64,000 nucleotides of DNA from Anaeromyxobacter sp. (GTDB lineage: Bacteria > Myxococcota > Myxococcia > Myxococcales > Anaeromyxobacteraceae), in NCBI GenBank assembly GCA_049840735.1, contig JASGJN010000002.1, forward strand, positions 1-64,000, in the 5' to 3' direction. This document shows, piece by piece, positions 14,124 through 25,312 of the stretch (position 1 is its first letter; each line of letters starts with the position of its first letter). The position numbers were made by a program, and so were the translations under genes. The notes below the pieces were generated by a model, which saw only the letters and a list, made by a program, of their open reading frames with translations, made no database searches and had not been told where the DNA came from.

Positions 14124-14296
14124 GGCGGCTCATCCTAAGCCAGAACGCCCCTCCGTGGCAGGAGGGTCGTCCGGCCGCCCGGCCGGCCCGGGTCCCCGGA
14201 CCCTGCGCCGGCCTGGCCTGGGAGGAAGAGGGTGCGGGGCCCCCGTCCACGGGAGCCCCGCCGCCACCGCACGCAGGCCGCCGAGGGCGGCCGGGG

Positions 14297-16366
14297 CTAC
14301 TCCTCGACGCCCTTGACCTTCCCCTCGGCCCGGCGCTTCTCGATGATCTTCTGGGCGATGGGGGGCGGGACCGGGTCGTAGTGCGACGGCTCCATGGTGA
14401 AGTAGCCGACGCCCTGGGTGAGCGAGCGCAGGTCGGCGTCGTAGCTCATGGCCTCGGCGTGCGGGCAGATGGCCCGGATCAGCACGCCGCGCGCCAGCGG
14501 CTCCATGCCCTGCACCTTGGCGCGGCGGCTGTTCAGGTCGCCCATCACCGCGCCCACGTACTCCTCGGGGACGCGGATGTCGAGCTTCATGACCGGCTCG
14601 AGGAGGATGGGGCGCGCCTCCAGCACCGCCTTCTTGAACGCCATCGAGCCGGCCACCTGGAACGCCATGTCCGAGCTGTCGACGTCGTGGTAGCTGCCGA
14701 AGACCAGCCGGGCCCGGAAGTCGACCACCGGGTAGCCGGCCAGCGGGCCGGAGTGGATGGCGCCGCGGATGCCCTTCTCCACCGAGGGGATGAACTGGCG
14801 CGGGATGACGCCGCCGACGATGGCGTCCTCGAACTCGAAGCCCTCGCCGCGCGCCTTGGGCTGCAGCTCGACGTGGCAGTCACCGTACTGGCCGTGGCCG
14901 CCGGTCTGCCGCTTGAACTTGCCCTGGGCCTTGGCGTTCGCGGTGATGGTCTCGAGGTAGGCGGGGGTGGGCGGGGCCAGCGTGATCTCCACGCCGTGCT
15001 TGCGCTTCACGCGCTCGACGGTGACGTCGATGTGCGCCTGCCCCATGCCCTGCAGCAGCATCTCGCCGGTGTCGGGCGAGCGGGCCAGCTCCAGCGACGG
15101 GTCCTCCTCGATCAGCTTCTGCAGCGCCGCGGCGGCCTTGTCGTCGCCGCCCTTGGCGTGCACGGCATAGGAGACGGGGCGCGTGTGCTGCTTGAAGGGC
15201 GGCAGCACCGCCGGCGCGTCGGTGTCGCAGAGCGTGTCGCCGGTGTGCGCGTCCTTGAGCTTCATGAGCACCACGAACTCGCCCGGCCCGGCCTCCGGCA
15301 CCTCTGCGTTCTGGGCGCCGTCGGTCCGGAAGAAGTGGGCGATGCGCTCCTCGGTGCGGGTCCGCGGGTTCATCACCGTGGCGTCGTGCTTGAGCGTGCC
15401 CGAGATGACGCGCACGTAGTCGATGCGCCCGGCGAAGTGGTCGATGGTGGTCTTGAAGACCTGGCCGCAGAAGGGCGCGGCCGCGTCGGGCGCGCGCTCC
15501 ACCTCGGTGCCGTGCAGGTCCTTGGCCACCACCTTGCCAGGCGGCGGCAGGATGGCGACCGCCAGGTCCAGCAGCTCGCGGACGCCCAGGCCGGTCTTGG
15601 AGCAGGCGCAGGCCACCGGGAGGAACTTCTGCGCGGCGGCGCCGGCGGCCAGGCCGCGCAGCACCTCCTCCTCGGTGAGCGCGGCGCCCTCCAGGTACTT
15701 GCCCAGCAGCTCGTCGTCCGACTCGGCCGCCGCCTCCAGCATGGCCGTGCGCAGCCGCTCGGCCTCCTCCTTCGCGCCGGCGGGGATCTCCTCCACCGAC
15801 CACCTGGCGAAGGTCTTCCCGTCCCAGAGGTGCGCCTTCATGGTGATCAGGTCCACCAGCCCCTTGAGCCCGGGGCCCACGCCGATGGGGAGCTGCACCG
15901 GGACCGGCTTCACCTTGAGCGAGGCCTCCACGTCGGCGAGCGTGCGGGCGAAGTCGCCCTGCTCGTGGTCGAGCCGGGTGAAGACGGCCAGGCCCGGGCG
16001 GCCGGAGTCGGCCAGCACGTCGTAGGTCCGCTCGGCCCGGTTGTGGGCGCCGTCGGCGATGGACACGGCCAGGACGGCGCCGTCGGTGACCTGCAGCGCC
16101 CACTCCACCTCGGTCAGGAAGGCGGCGAAGCCGGGGCAGTCGAGCACGTGGAAGGAGCGGCCGCCCTCCTCGAAGCTCTCGGGGTGCAGGGACAGCGTGA
16201 AGTTGCGCTTCTTCTCCTCCGGCTCTGCGTCCAGGCGGGCGGTGGAGCCATCCGGCGCGGCGCGCTTCGCGTCGGCGACGCGGAGCAGCGACTCGACGAG
16301 GGCGGTCTTGCCCGCCCCGTCTGCGCCGAGGATGGAGAAGCTGCGGATCACGCGGGGGTTGGCCAT
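14297..16366 (-). CDS. Elongation factor G paralog (EF-G2-like) with degenerate GTPase motifs
   Basis: Full EF-G domains (RQTGGHGQYG, GPLAGYPV, SYHDVDSS, LLEPVM). G motifs read GADGAGKT, DCPGF, TRLD. Confidence 0.92.
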   Translation of the reverse strand: MANPRVIRSFSILGADGAGKTALVESLLRVADAKRAAPDGSTARLDAEPEEKKRNFTLSLHPESFEEGGRSFHVLDCPGFAAFLTEVEWALQVTDGAVLAVSIADGAHNRAERTYDVLADSGRPGLAVFTRLDHEQGDFARTLADVEASLKVKPVPVQLPIGVGPGLKGLVDLITMKAHLWDGKTFARWSVEEIPAGAKEEAERLRTAMLEAAAESDDELLGKYLEGAALTEEEVLRGLAAGAAAQKFLPVACACSKTGLGVRELLDLAVAILPPPGKVVAKDLHGTEVERAPDAAAPFCGQVFKTTIDHFAGRIDYVRVISGTLKHDATVMNPRTRTEERIAHFFRTDGAQNAEVPEAGPGEFVVLMKLKDAHTGDTLCDTDAPAVLPPFKQHTRPVSYAVHAKGGDDKAAAALQKLIEEDPSLELARSPDTGEMLLQGMGQAHIDVTVERVKRKHGVEITLAPPTPAYLETITANAKAQGKFKRQTGGHGQYGDCHVELQPKARGEGFEFEDAIVGGVIPRQFIPSVEKGIRGAIHSGPLAGYPVVDFRARLVFGSYHDVDSSDMAFQVAGSMAFKKAVLEARPILLEPVMKLDIRVPEEYVGAVMGDLNSRRAKVQGMEPLARGVLIRAICPHAEAMSYDADLRSLTQGVGYFTMEPSHYDPVPPPIAQKIIEKRRAEGKVKGVEE

Positions 16367-16595
16367 GGCGTCGTTCTCCGGCAGCCCGCGCGATATCTGC
16401 TGCGCGGGGCGTGAGGTTCGCGGCCCGTAGCGCCGGCCGGAGCGGCCGGCGACGTCAGCGCCTAGCATGCAACGGGTCACCCCGCGTGCGCCACGGCTGT
16501 TTTTCAGTGGATCGCGTCCCGCTGGGGCGCGATCGTGTGGGGTCGGGCGCGGCGGCGGGTGGGCGCGCGCTTGCAAGGGCGCCGCCCGGCCCCGC

Positions 16596-17246
16596 TCAGC
16601 CCCGGAGCAGCCCGGGCATCCCCTCGGCCAGGCCGTCCATCATGAACTGGATGGCGATGGCCACCAGCAGCAGGCCGGCCGCGCGCTCGAGGATGGCCAG
16701 GCCGGTCCGACCCAGGACCTTCTCGGTCCGGGCGGCGCCGGCCAGGATCAGGTAGGACGCCGCGGCGGTCAGGACGATGGCCCCCAGCACCGGGAGCTTG
16801 TGCCACCAGGCCTCACCCCGGGTGCGGGCCATGAGGACGATGGCGGTGGCGATGGAGCCCGGGCCGGCCAGCAGCGGCATCGCCAGGGGGACGATGGCGA
16901 TGTCCTCCTTGTCGGCGCCGGCCTCCACCTCACCCTCGGTGATGCGGGTGCGGGAGGGCTGGGTCCGGATCATGTCCAGGGCCAGGAGCAGCAGCACCAC
17001 GCCGCCCGCCACCTTGAACGCCCCCAGGCCGATCCCCAGCACGTGGAAGATCCACTCGCCCGCCAGGGCGAACGCCGCCAGCACCCCGCACGCCGTCACC
17101 GACGCGCGCAGGGCCGTCTCGCGCCGCCGCTTGACGTCGTCGTCCCTGGTCATGGCCAGGAAGAAAGGGACCGCGGAGAGCGGGTCCACGACGAAGAACA
17201 TCGCGGAGAGCGAGACGAGGCTCAGGCTGAGGAGCTCGCCGACCAT
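16596..17246 (-). CDS. marC: MarC family membrane protein
   Basis: VDPLS.VPFF, IAIVPLAMPLLAGPGSI, six hydrophobic helices. Confidence 0.93.
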   Translation of the reverse strand: MVGELLSLSLVSLSAMFFVVDPLSAVPFFLAMTRDDDVKRRRETALRASVTACGVLAAFALAGEWIFHVLGIGLGAFKVAGGVVLLLLALDMIRTQPSRTRITEGEVEAGADKEDIAIVPLAMPLLAGPGSIATAIVLMARTRGEAWWHKLPVLGAIVLTAAASYLILAGAARTEKVLGRTGLAILERAAGLLLVAIAIQFMMDGLAEGMPGLLRG

Positions 17247-17303
17247 GGAGCCGCGCAGGATACACGGAACCGGGCGCGCCGGGCGCCCGGAAATGGCCCC
17301 GGG

Positions 17304-18051
17304 TCAGGCCGTGTGGGACGGCAGCGCCCGGCTGGCCTTGGCGAACCCCGAGAAGCGGATTCGACCAGACCTTACGGAGCGCCTCCAGCACGATCCGGCG
17401 GGACATCTTGGACTGCCCCACCCGCCGGTCGGCGAACACGATGGGCACCTCGGCCACGGTGAAGCCCCGCCGGATGGCGCGGTAGGTGAGCTCGATCTGG
17501 AACGCGTAGCCGGTGCAGGCGACGGTGGAGAGCTCGATGTTCTCCAGGACCTCGCGCCGGAAGCACTTGAAGCCGCCGGTCAGGTCGCGCACCCGCAGCC
17601 CCAGGATGGTCCGGGCGTAGAAGCTGCCGCCGCGCGAGAGGAGGCGCCGCCCCAGCCCCCAGTTCTCGGTGCCGCCGCCCTCCACGTAGCGCGAGCCGAG
17701 CACCAGGTCGGCCTCGCCCGCCCGCTCCAGCATGGCGGGCAGGTAGCGCGGGTCGTGGGAGAAGTCGGCGTCCATCTCCAGCACCAGGTCATAGCCGCGC
17801 TCGAGGGCCCAGGCGAAGGCGGCCAGGTAGGCCTTGCCCAGCCCCTCCTTGCCGGCCCGGTGCAGGACCTTCACCCGCGGGTCGGCGGCGGCCAGCCCGT
17901 CGGCGATGCGGCCGGTGCCGTCGGGGGAGTTGTCGTCGATGACCAGCACGTCCACCGGCACCGCCGCCAGGATGGCCTGGACGATGGGGCCGACGTTCTC
18001 GGCCTCGTTGTAGGTGGGCAGGCAGACGACCGCCCGGCGCGCTCCAGTCAT
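17304..18051 (-). CDS. Polyprenol monophosphomannose synthase, GT2 (apparent frameshift ~17360)
   Basis: PTYNEAEN, DDNSPDGTG, MDADFSHDP, GSRY, DLTGGFK, GYAFQIE, GQSKMS. Confidence 0.9.
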
Positions 18052-19179
18052 CCCATCACCTCCGCCAGCTCCTCCGCGACCCGCCGCGGCGCGCCGGGCT
18101 CGCCCAGCGCGCTGCGCACCTCGCGCAGCGCCTGCAGCTGCTCCTCGCGGGCCGCGCGATCGCCGAGCAGCCGCTCCAGCTCCGCGGCCATCCGCTCGGG
18201 GCTGGCCTCCCGCTGCAGCAGCTCCGGGACGATCCCCCTCCCGGCCAAGATGTTCACCAGCGCGAAGTGCGCGATCTTCACCATCAGGCGCCCGACCCAG
18301 TAGGTGAGCCAGGACACCTTGTAGACCACCACCATGGGGCGGAGCATCACGGCGGTCTCCGAGCGTCGAGGTGCCGCTCTTGACCAGCGCCGCGTCGCTC
18401 GCGCCGACCGCCTCCTCGGCGCGGCCGTCGAAGAGCTTCACGTCGAGCGCGGCGTGCGCCGCCAGCCGCGAGGCCAGCGCCTCGGGGCGGATGGTGGGGG
18501 CCAGCGGGATGAGGAACTGCGCGTCGGGGTGGGCCGCGCGCACCCGCTCCGCGGCCTGCAGCATGGGCTCGAGCAGCCGCTCGACCTCCGAGTGGCGGCT
18601 CCCCGGCATCAGCGTGATGGTGGTGCGGCCGGCGGGCAGCCCCAGGCCGGCGCGGTAGACCTCGGGCGCGTCCGGCGGCGGCTTCTCGGCGAAGGGGTGG
18701 CCCACGAAGCGGGCCCGGAGCCCGGTCCCCTCGTAGAAGGCCGGCTCGAAGGGGAGGATGCAGCACATCCGGTCCACGATGCGGGCGATCTTGCGCGCCC
18801 GCCCCTGCCGCCAGGCCCAGATCATGGGGGAGACGTAGTAGACGACCGGGATCCCCAGCTTCTTGAGCTTCTTCGCGAGGCGCAGGTTGAAGTCGGGCAG
18901 GTCCACCAGCAGCGCGGCCCGCGGGCGGCGCTCGGCCGCGGTGCGGGCCAGCTGGCGCAGGATGCCGAGGATGCGCGGGATGCGGGGGAGCACCTCGCCC
19001 AGCCCCATGACCGAGATGTCCTCGGCCGGCGCCAGCGCCTCCAGCCCGGCGGCGCGCAGCTTCGGGCCGCCCACGCCGAAGGCACGCACGCCGGGGCGCA
19101 GCCGGCGCAGCTCCTCCAGCGCGTGCGCCGCGTGCAGGTCGGCGCTGGCCTCTCCGGCCACGATGAGGACCTCGTCCAA
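18048..19179 (-). CDS. lpxB: Lipid-A-disaccharide synthase (apparent frameshift ~18360)
   Basis: AGEASAD, VDLPDFN, YVSPMIWAWR, FVGHP, PGSR, SGTSTLE, VPELLQ. Confidence 0.94.
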
Positions 19180-19258
19180 GCGCGCGCGTTATATCACGCG
19201 CCCCGGGACGGGCCCCGCCCTTCCCCGCAGGGTGGCATCCGTGCTGAACTGGAAGCTC

Positions 19259-19708
19259 ATGCCGATGAGCGAGGAGCGGGCCTTCACGCAGTGGTACTGG
19301 CGCGAGGGGGGACGGCTGGTGGCCACCCTCTTCGGCCTGGCCGCGTCCGTCGCCTTCGAGCGGCAGGTGGTGCTGGGGCGGATGATCCTGCCGGTGCTCG
19401 GCGCCGGCGCCGCCCCCGAGCCGTGGATGTGGGCCTCGCTCTTCATCCCGGAGCTGGTGGTCTGCTTCCTGGTGGGCTGGCAGCTGCGCGGCTGGCGCGC
19501 CATCCTGGTCTTCGCCGCCGCCGGCGCGGCGGTGCGGCAGGGCACGCTGGCCCTGCTCCACGAGGTCTCGTCGCCCATGCCCGAGGCGTCGGCCCGGGTG
19601 CTCGGCGCCCCGGCCTTCGCCGTGGCCTACCTGCTGGCCCTGGCCCTCGCCTCCTGGTCGGCCCGCACGCCCGGGCCCAGGCCGGCCGAGCCGGGCGCCG
19701 AGGGCTGA
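19259..19708 (+). CDS. Hypothetical membrane protein
   Basis: GC3-biased ORF with about four hydrophobic segments, divergent from lpxB. Start uncertain. Confidence 0.65.
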   Translation: MPMSEERAFTQWYWREGGRLVATLFGLAASVAFERQVVLGRMILPVLGAGAAPEPWMWASLFIPELVVCFLVGWQLRGWRAILVFAAAGAAVRQGTLALLHEVSSPMPEASARVLGAPAFAVAYLLALALASWSARTPGPRPAEPGAEG

Positions 19709-19736
19709 GGGCCAGGCCGGCCTGATACCCCTGCGC

Positions 19737-19753
19737 CTGAACATCCGTTCCGC
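19737..19753 (+). promoter_or_regulatory. Putative LexA (SOS) box abutting a -10 element
   Basis: CTGAACATCCGTTCCGC matches the Myxococcus-type consensus CTRHAMRYBYGTTCAGS at 16/17 positions. TATGCT follows at 19754. Confidence 0.7.
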
Positions 19754-19765
19754 TATGCTCGCGGG

Positions 19766-20797
19766 ATGGAGCCGCGGCGCACCGAGAACCCGCCCAACCC
19801 GTGGCTGGGCCAGCAGGTGGAGTGGGACGACGGGCCGCCGCTGGCGCGGGTGACGCTGCTCGAGGACGCCACCCGGTCCATCCTCTCCGGAAACGACAGC
19901 CCCGACCTCCCCTTCCGCTGGAGCCTCAACCCCTACCGCGGCTGCCTGCACGCCTGCGCCTACTGCTACGCCCGCCCCACCCACGAGTACCTGGGGATGG
20001 GCGCCGGCACCGACTTCGACACGCGCATCGTGGTCAAGCGGCGCGCGCCGGAGCTGCTGCGCGAGGCCTTCGAGCGGCGCTCCTGGCGCGGCGAGACGGT
20101 GGCCTTCTCCGGCGGCACCGACGCGTGGCAGCCGCTGGAGGGCTCGCTGCGGCTCACCCGCGGCTGCCTGGAGGTCTGCGCCGCCTACCGCAACCCGGTG
20201 TGCCTGGTGACCAAGTCGGCGCTGCTCGAGCGCGACCTCGACCTGCTCCAGGTGCTGCACCGCGAGGCGCGCCTCTCGGTGGCGGTGAGCCTGCCCCTCC
20301 TCGACGCCGGGATCGCGCGGGCGCTGGAGCCGTGGGCGGCGGCGCCGGAGCGCCGGCTGCTCCTGCTGCGCCGGCTGGCCGAGGCCGGCCTGGAGCCGGC
20401 GGTGCTGGTTGCCCCGGTCATCCCCGGCCTGGACGACCAGCTGGCGCAGGTGCTCGAGGCGGCGCGAGCGGCGGGCGCCACCCGCGCCGGGTGGGCGCTC
20501 CTGCGGCTGCCCGGCCCGGTGGCGGAGGTGTTCGAGCGGCGGCTGCGGGCGGTGCTCCCGGAGCGCGCCGACCGGATCCTGCACCTGGTCCGGGAGACCC
20601 GCGGCGGCGCGCTCGGCGAGGGCCGCCCCGGGCAGCGGGGCTGCGGGACGGGCCCCTACGCCGCCACCATCGGCCGGGTCTTCGCGGTGCTGACGTCGCG
20701 GTTGGGGCTGGAGCCCCGCCCCGACCCCGATCTGGGGCCCTCCCCGTTCAGACGACCGCACCCGGGCGGCCAGCTGGACCTGTTTTCCTGCAAGTGA
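19766..20797 (+). CDS. PA0069/Rv2578c-type (SplB-like) radical SAM protein
   Basis: N.SPDLPF.WSLNPYRGCLHACAYCYARPTHEYLG. C-terminal QLDLF. Confidence 0.92.
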   Translation: MEPRRTENPPNPWLGQQVEWDDGPPLARVTLLEDATRSILSGNDSPDLPFRWSLNPYRGCLHACAYCYARPTHEYLGMGAGTDFDTRIVVKRRAPELLREAFERRSWRGETVAFSGGTDAWQPLEGSLRLTRGCLEVCAAYRNPVCLVTKSALLERDLDLLQVLHREARLSVAVSLPLLDAGIARALEPWAAAPERRLLLLRRLAEAGLEPAVLVAPVIPGLDDQLAQVLEAARAAGATRAGWALLRLPGPVAEVFERRLRAVLPERADRILHLVRETRGGALGEGRPGQRGCGTGPYAATIGRVFAVLTSRLGLEPRPDPDLGPSPFRRPHPGGQLDLFSCK

Positions 20798-20858
20798 AGG
20801 CCCGGGCGGCGGTGCGCGCGCGGTCGACATCGGCCGGGCGCAGCGATACACAGATCCC

Positions 20859-22211
20859 GTGGAGCCCATCGCCACCGGACCTGCCGACGCGCCGACGCCC
20901 GGCCCCAGCGCCCCGCGCGGTCCCTCGCGCTGGTGGCGGCGCCCGGCCTGGAGCACGGCCAGGATCGTGACCGTGTACGCGGCGGTGGCCCTGGGCTGGA
21001 TCCTCTTCTCCGACGCGCTGCTGTCGCTGGCGGTGCCGGACCCGGCCACCCGCGAGCGGCTCCAGACCGTCAAGGGTGTGCTCTACGTCGGGCTCACCTC
21101 GGTCCTGCTCTTCGCGCTGATCCGCCGCATCGAGCGGTCGCTGGCCTCCTTCGGCGGCGAGATCCGCTCGGCGGTCGACTCCATGATGGACGGGGTGATG
21201 CTGATCGACCCCGAGGGGCGGATCGCCGAGGTGAACCGGGCGGCGCTGGAGCTGCTGGGGGCCACAGAAAAGGCGCAGGTGCTGGGGCCCATCGCGGCCT
21301 GGGGCGAGCGGTACCAGGCGCGCTTCCTCGACGGCACGCCGGTCCCGGTGGAGCAGTTCGCCAGCCTGCGCGCGCTCCGGGGCGAGCGGGTGCCGGCGTA
21401 CGACGCGCTGCTGCGGCGGCTGGACGGGCAGGACGTCTACGTGAGCGTGTCGGCGGCGCCGGTGGAGGCCGGTGGCCGCACCGGGCGGCTGGCCGTCACC
21501 GTGCTGCGCGACGTCTCCCAGGCCCGCCGGCTGGACGAGACCCGCGACGAGTTCCTCTCCACCGCCGCGCACGAGCTCAAGACCCCGCTGGCGGTCATCA
21601 AGGCGTACGCGCAGGTGGTGCAGCGCCGGGTGCCGGCCGAGGCCCCCGCGCTCACCGTGGTGCAGCGCCAGGTCGAGCGGCTCACCCGGCTGGTGCAGCA
21701 CCTGCTCGACTCCTCCCGGCTGCGGCTCGAGCCGGTGGCCGGCGCCCACCAGCCGTTCGACCTGGCCGCCCTGGCCGCGGAGGTGGTGGCGCGGGCCCGC
21801 ACCACCGCGCCGGGCCACGAGGTGACCCTGGCCGCGGCCCCGCTGGCCCAGGTGCGCGGCGACCGCGAGCGGATTGGCCGGGTGCTGGCCAGCCTGATCG
21901 ACAACGCCGTCCGGTACTCGCCCGGCGGCGGCCCGGTGGCCGCCAGCCTGGCGGTCGACGGGCGCGAGGCGGTCGTCTCGGTGCAGGACCATGGGCCGGG
22001 GATCCCGCCCGACCGGCAGGCGCGCATCTTCGAGCGCTACTACCGCGCCCACTCCGGCACGCCGGAGGACTACGGCGGGCTGGGGTTGAGCCTCAACATG
22101 AGCCGCGAGATCGTGGTCCGGCACGGGGGCCGGATGTGGTTCGAGAGCGTGCCCGGCGAGGGCTCCACGTTCCGGTTCGCCTTGCCGCTGTCCGGCGAGG
22201 AGGGCGCGTGA
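20859..22211 (+). CDS. Membrane PAS-domain sensor histidine kinase
   Basis: Two TM helices, PAS-like region, [28 protein letters not shown]. Confidence 0.93.
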   Translation: MEPIATGPADAPTPGPSAPRGPSRWWRRPAWSTARIVTVYAAVALGWILFSDALLSLAVPDPATRERLQTVKGVLYVGLTSVLLFALIRRIERSLASFGGEIRSAVDSMMDGVMLIDPEGRIAEVNRAALELLGATEKAQVLGPIAAWGERYQARFLDGTPVPVEQFASLRALRGERVPAYDALLRRLDGQDVYVSVSAAPVEAGGRTGRLAVTVLRDVSQARRLDETRDEFLSTAAHELKTPLAVIKAYAQVVQRRVPAEAPALTVVQRQVERLTRLVQHLLDSSRLRLEPVAGAHQPFDLAALAAEVVARARTTAPGHEVTLAAAPLAQVRGDRERIGRVLASLIDNAVRYSPGGGPVAASLAVDGREAVVSVQDHGPGIPPDRQARIFERYYRAHSGTPEDYGGLGLSLNMSREIVVRHGGRMWFESVPGEGSTFRFALPLSGEEGA

Positions 22212-22594
22212 ACCGCTCGGTGCTGGTGGTCGAGGACGACGCCGACCTGCTCGGCCTGATGGAGATGGTCCTGACCGACGCCGGCTACGCCGTGCGCACC
22301 GCCAGCGACGGGCGACAGGCCCTGGAGCGCGTGGCCGAGGTCATGCCCGCGCTGATCCTGCTCGACATGCGGATGCCCATCATGAACGGCTGGGAGTTCG
22401 CCCGCGTCTTCCGCGAGCGGTACGGCCGCCCCTGCCCGGTGGTGGTGGTGACCGCCGCCGAGAACGCCCAGCTCAGGGCCGAGGAGATCGGCGCCGACGG
22501 CTGGCTGTCCAAGCCGTTCGAGCTGGACGACGTGCTCTCCACGGTGGCGCGCCTGGTGGACGCGCCGGCCGGCGGCGCGCCGGCCCCCCGCTGA
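22208..22594 (+). CDS. Single-domain response regulator
   Basis: [29 protein letters not shown] start overlaps the kinase stop. Confidence 0.92.
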   Translation: MNRSVLVVEDDADLLGLMEMVLTDAGYAVRTASDGRQALERVAEVMPALILLDMRMPIMNGWEFARVFRERYGRPCPVVVVTAAENAQLRAEEIGADGWLSKPFELDDVLSTVARLVDAPAGGAPAPR

Positions 22595-22680
22595 GCGAGC
22601 CGGAACCCTCCCCGCCCTCCCCGGCTCCCACCCTGGCGCGCCCGGGCGCGCCCGGCAAGAATCCACCCCCGAGGTCCGCC

Positions 22681-25185
22681 ATGAACGAGCCCGCCGTCGC
22701 CCCGCCGCCGCCTCCCACCCGCGATCCGGTCTGCGGGATGGACGTGGACCCGGCCTCGCCGCCGGGCGGCACGGTGGAGCGCGGGCGCTACCGGTACCAC
22801 TTCTGCAGCGCGCGCTGCCGGGGCCGCTTCGAGGCGGAGCCGGAGCGGTGGATCGCCATCGACCCGGTCTGCGGGATGGAGGTGAATCCCAAGGCGCCCA
22901 GGGGCGGGCAGTACCAGCTGGAGGGGCGGGTCTTCTCCTTCTGCAGCCCGAAGTGCCTGGCCAGGTTCAGCGCCGAGCCGGCGCCCTTCCTGGAGCACGG
23001 CCCCGGCGGCATGCCCAGGGACGCGGCGCCGCCGGCGGCGCCGCCGGGCGGCGAGGTGGTCTGGGTCTGCCCCATGGACCCGGAGGTGCGGGAGAAGACG
23101 CCCATCCCGTGCCCGATCTGCGGCATGGCGCTGGAGCCGCTGGTGGTGGGCGGGATGCCCTCGGCCGAGGAGCCGCCCAACCCCGAGCTGGCCAACATGA
23201 GCCGCCGGTTCTGGTGGGGGCTCGCGCCCTCGGCGCTGGTCCTGGCCGTCGCCATGGGCGACATGCTGGGCGGGATGGGGCTGCGCCACGCGCTGGGGTT
23301 CGAGCGCTTCGCGCTGCTGCAGCTGGCCCTGGCCACGCCCGTGGTGCTGTGGGGCGGCTGGCCCTTCTTCGCGCGGGCCTGGCTGTCGCTGCGCACCTGG
23401 AAGCTCAACATGTTCACGCTGATCGGGCTGGGAACCGGCGCGGCCTGGGGCTTCAGCCTGGCGGCGACGCTCCTGCCGGCCGGCGCCTTCCCGCCGGCGC
23501 TGCTCGACCACGGCGCCCCGCCGCTCTACTTCGAGTCGGCGGCGGTGATCGTGGAGCTGGTGCTGCTGGGCCAGGTGCTGGAGCTGCGGGCGCGCTCGCG
23601 GGTCTCGGGCGCCGTCCGGGCCCTGCTCCGGCTGGCACCGCGGACGGCGCTGCGCCTGGAGGCCGGCGGCGCCGAGCGCGAGGTGCCGCTCGCCGAGCTG
23701 GCGGCGGGGGACCGGCTGCGGGTCCGGCCGGGCGAGAAGATCCCGGTGGACGGCGCGGTGATCTCCGGCCACTCGGCCGTGGACGAGTCGATGCTCACCG
23801 GCGAGCCCATCCCGGTGGAGAAGCGCGAGGGCGATCCGGTCACCGGGGCCACCCTCAACGGCACCGGCGCGCTGGTGATCGAGGCCCGCCGGGTGGGCCA
23901 GGACACCCTGCTGGCCCAGATCGTCAGGCTGGTGATGGACGCCCAGCGCAGCCGCGCGCCCATCCAGCGGCTGGCCGACGTGGTGGCCGGCTGGTTCGTG
24001 CCGGCGGTGGTGGCGGTGGCGGTGCTCTCGTTCGCGATCTGGGCCGCGGTGGGGCCGGAGCCGCGGCTGGCGCACGGGCTGGTGGCGGCGGTCTCGGTGC
24101 TGATCATCGCCTGCCCCTGCGCCCTGGGCCTGGCCACGCCCATGGCCATCATGGTGGGGACCGGGCGCGGCGCGTCCGCCGGCGTGCTGGTGCGCAGCGC
24201 CGAGGCGCTGGAGCGGCTGGAGCGCGTCCGCACGCTGCTGCTCGACAAGACCGGCACGCTCACGCGCGGCAAGCCGGCGTTGACGCGCATCGTGCCGGCG
24301 GCGGGCCAGGACGAGGCCGCCCTGCTGCGGCTGGCGGCCAGCGTGGAGCGCGGCTCGGAGCACCCGCTGGCCTCGGCGGTGGTGGCGGCGGCCCAGGCGC
24401 GGCAGCTCCCGCTGGCCGAGCCGGCCGCCTTCCGCGCCCTGCCGGGCCAGGGCGTGGTGGCCACGGTGGACGGGCGCCGCGTGGCGCTGGGCAACCCGGC
24501 GCTGCTGCGGGCCGAGGGGATCGACCCGGCGCCGCTGCGCGGTGAGGCCGAGCGGCTGGCCGCGGGCGGCGGCACGGTGGTGTGGCTGGCGCTCGACGGC
24601 GCGGTGGCCGGGCTGCTGGAGGCGCGCGACCCGCCGCGGCCGGGCGCGGCCGAGGCGGTGCGGGCCCTCCAGGCCGAGGGGCTGCGGCTGGTGATGGTGA
24701 CAGGCGACGGCTGGACCACCGCGCGCGCCGTCGCGCGCGAGCTGGGGATCGACGAGGTGGAGGCCGAGGTGCCGCCGGCCGGGAAGGCGGCCATCGTGGC
24801 TCGCCACAAGGAGGCGGGCGGCGGGGTCGCCTTCGCCGGCGACGGCATCAACGACGCCCCCGCGCTGGCCGCCGCCGACGTGGGCATCGCCATGGGGACC
24901 GGCACCGACGTGGCCATCGAGTCGGCCGGGCTGACGCTGGTGCGGGGCGAGCTGGCCGGGCTGGTGCGCGCGCGCCGGCTCTCGCGGGCCACCATGCGCA
25001 ACATCCGCCAGAACCTGTTCTGGGCCTTCGCCTACAACGCCGCCGGCGTGCCGCTGGCGGCGGGCGTGCTCTACCCGGCCCTGGGCCTGCTGCTGCCGCC
25101 CATGCTGGCCAGCGCGGCCATGAGCTTCAGCTCGGTGACGGTGATCGCGAACGCGCTGCGGCTGCGGCGCGCGCGCCTGGACTGA
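22681..25185 (+). CDS. copA: Cu(I)/Ag(I) P1B-type ATPase with two YHS domains and a heavy-metal binding domain
   Basis: DPVCGM twice, CPMDP..CPICGM, TGE, CPCALG, DKTGT, GDGIND, YN and MSFSS. Confidence 0.93.
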   Translation: MNEPAVAPPPPPTRDPVCGMDVDPASPPGGTVERGRYRYHFCSARCRGRFEAEPERWIAIDPVCGMEVNPKAPRGGQYQLEGRVFSFCSPKCLARFSAEPAPFLEHGPGGMPRDAAPPAAPPGGEVVWVCPMDPEVREKTPIPCPICGMALEPLVVGGMPSAEEPPNPELANMSRRFWWGLAPSALVLAVAMGDMLGGMGLRHALGFERFALLQLALATPVVLWGGWPFFARAWLSLRTWKLNMFTLIGLGTGAAWGFSLAATLLPAGAFPPALLDHGAPPLYFESAAVIVELVLLGQVLELRARSRVSGAVRALLRLAPRTALRLEAGGAEREVPLAELAAGDRLRVRPGEKIPVDGAVISGHSAVDESMLTGEPIPVEKREGDPVTGATLNGTGALVIEARRVGQDTLLAQIVRLVMDAQRSRAPIQRLADVVAGWFVPAVVAVAVLSFAIWAAVGPEPRLAHGLVAAVSVLIIACPCALGLATPMAIMVGTGRGASAGVLVRSAEALERLERVRTLLLDKTGTLTRGKPALTRIVPAAGQDEAALLRLAASVERGSEHPLASAVVAAAQARQLPLAEPAAFRALPGQGVVATVDGRRVALGNPALLRAEGIDPAPLRGEAERLAAGGGTVVWLALDGAVAGLLEARDPPRPGAAEAVRALQAEGLRLVMVTGDGWTTARAVARELGIDEVEAEVPPAGKAAIVARHKEAGGGVAFAGDGINDAPALAAADVGIAMGTGTDVAIESAGLTLVRGELAGLVRARRLSRATMRNIRQNLFWAFAYNAAGVPLAAGVLYPALGLLLPPMLASAAMSFSSVTVIANALRLRRARLD

Positions 25186-25312
25186 CGCGCCCGCACCGCG
25201 TGGCCTGGACAGGGGGGCAAGCGTCCGTTCCGCCGATCGTCGGGCGGCGTGCGCTCGCTCCGCACGGGTCGTCGCCCGCCCTCGCGGGAGCCGTTACCCG
25301 TGTACGCAAGCC

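Noticed and set aside
16560..16590. sigma54-like TTGCA motifs between marC and the EF-G paralog
   Set aside because: The better match points antisense into marC, and the one facing the EF-G gene has a poor -24 element.
12290..19179. msbA, lpxB and the GT2 gene as pseudogenes or programmed frameshifts
   Set aside because: Essential functions, with single-base breaks at GATC/GAGAC and no slippery sites. Sequencing error explains them better.
16930..19179. Apparent LpxB-GT2 fusion (likewise PHPT-YvcK 38084-40462 and deacetylase-GT 32149-34605)
   Set aside because: Created by frameshift errors. Each downstream gene has its own start at or near the corrected upstream stop.
25217..25233. Second LexA-like box upstream of sdhC (GCAAGCGTCCGTTCCGC)
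   Set aside because: Only one half-site matches, with four mismatches to the consensus.
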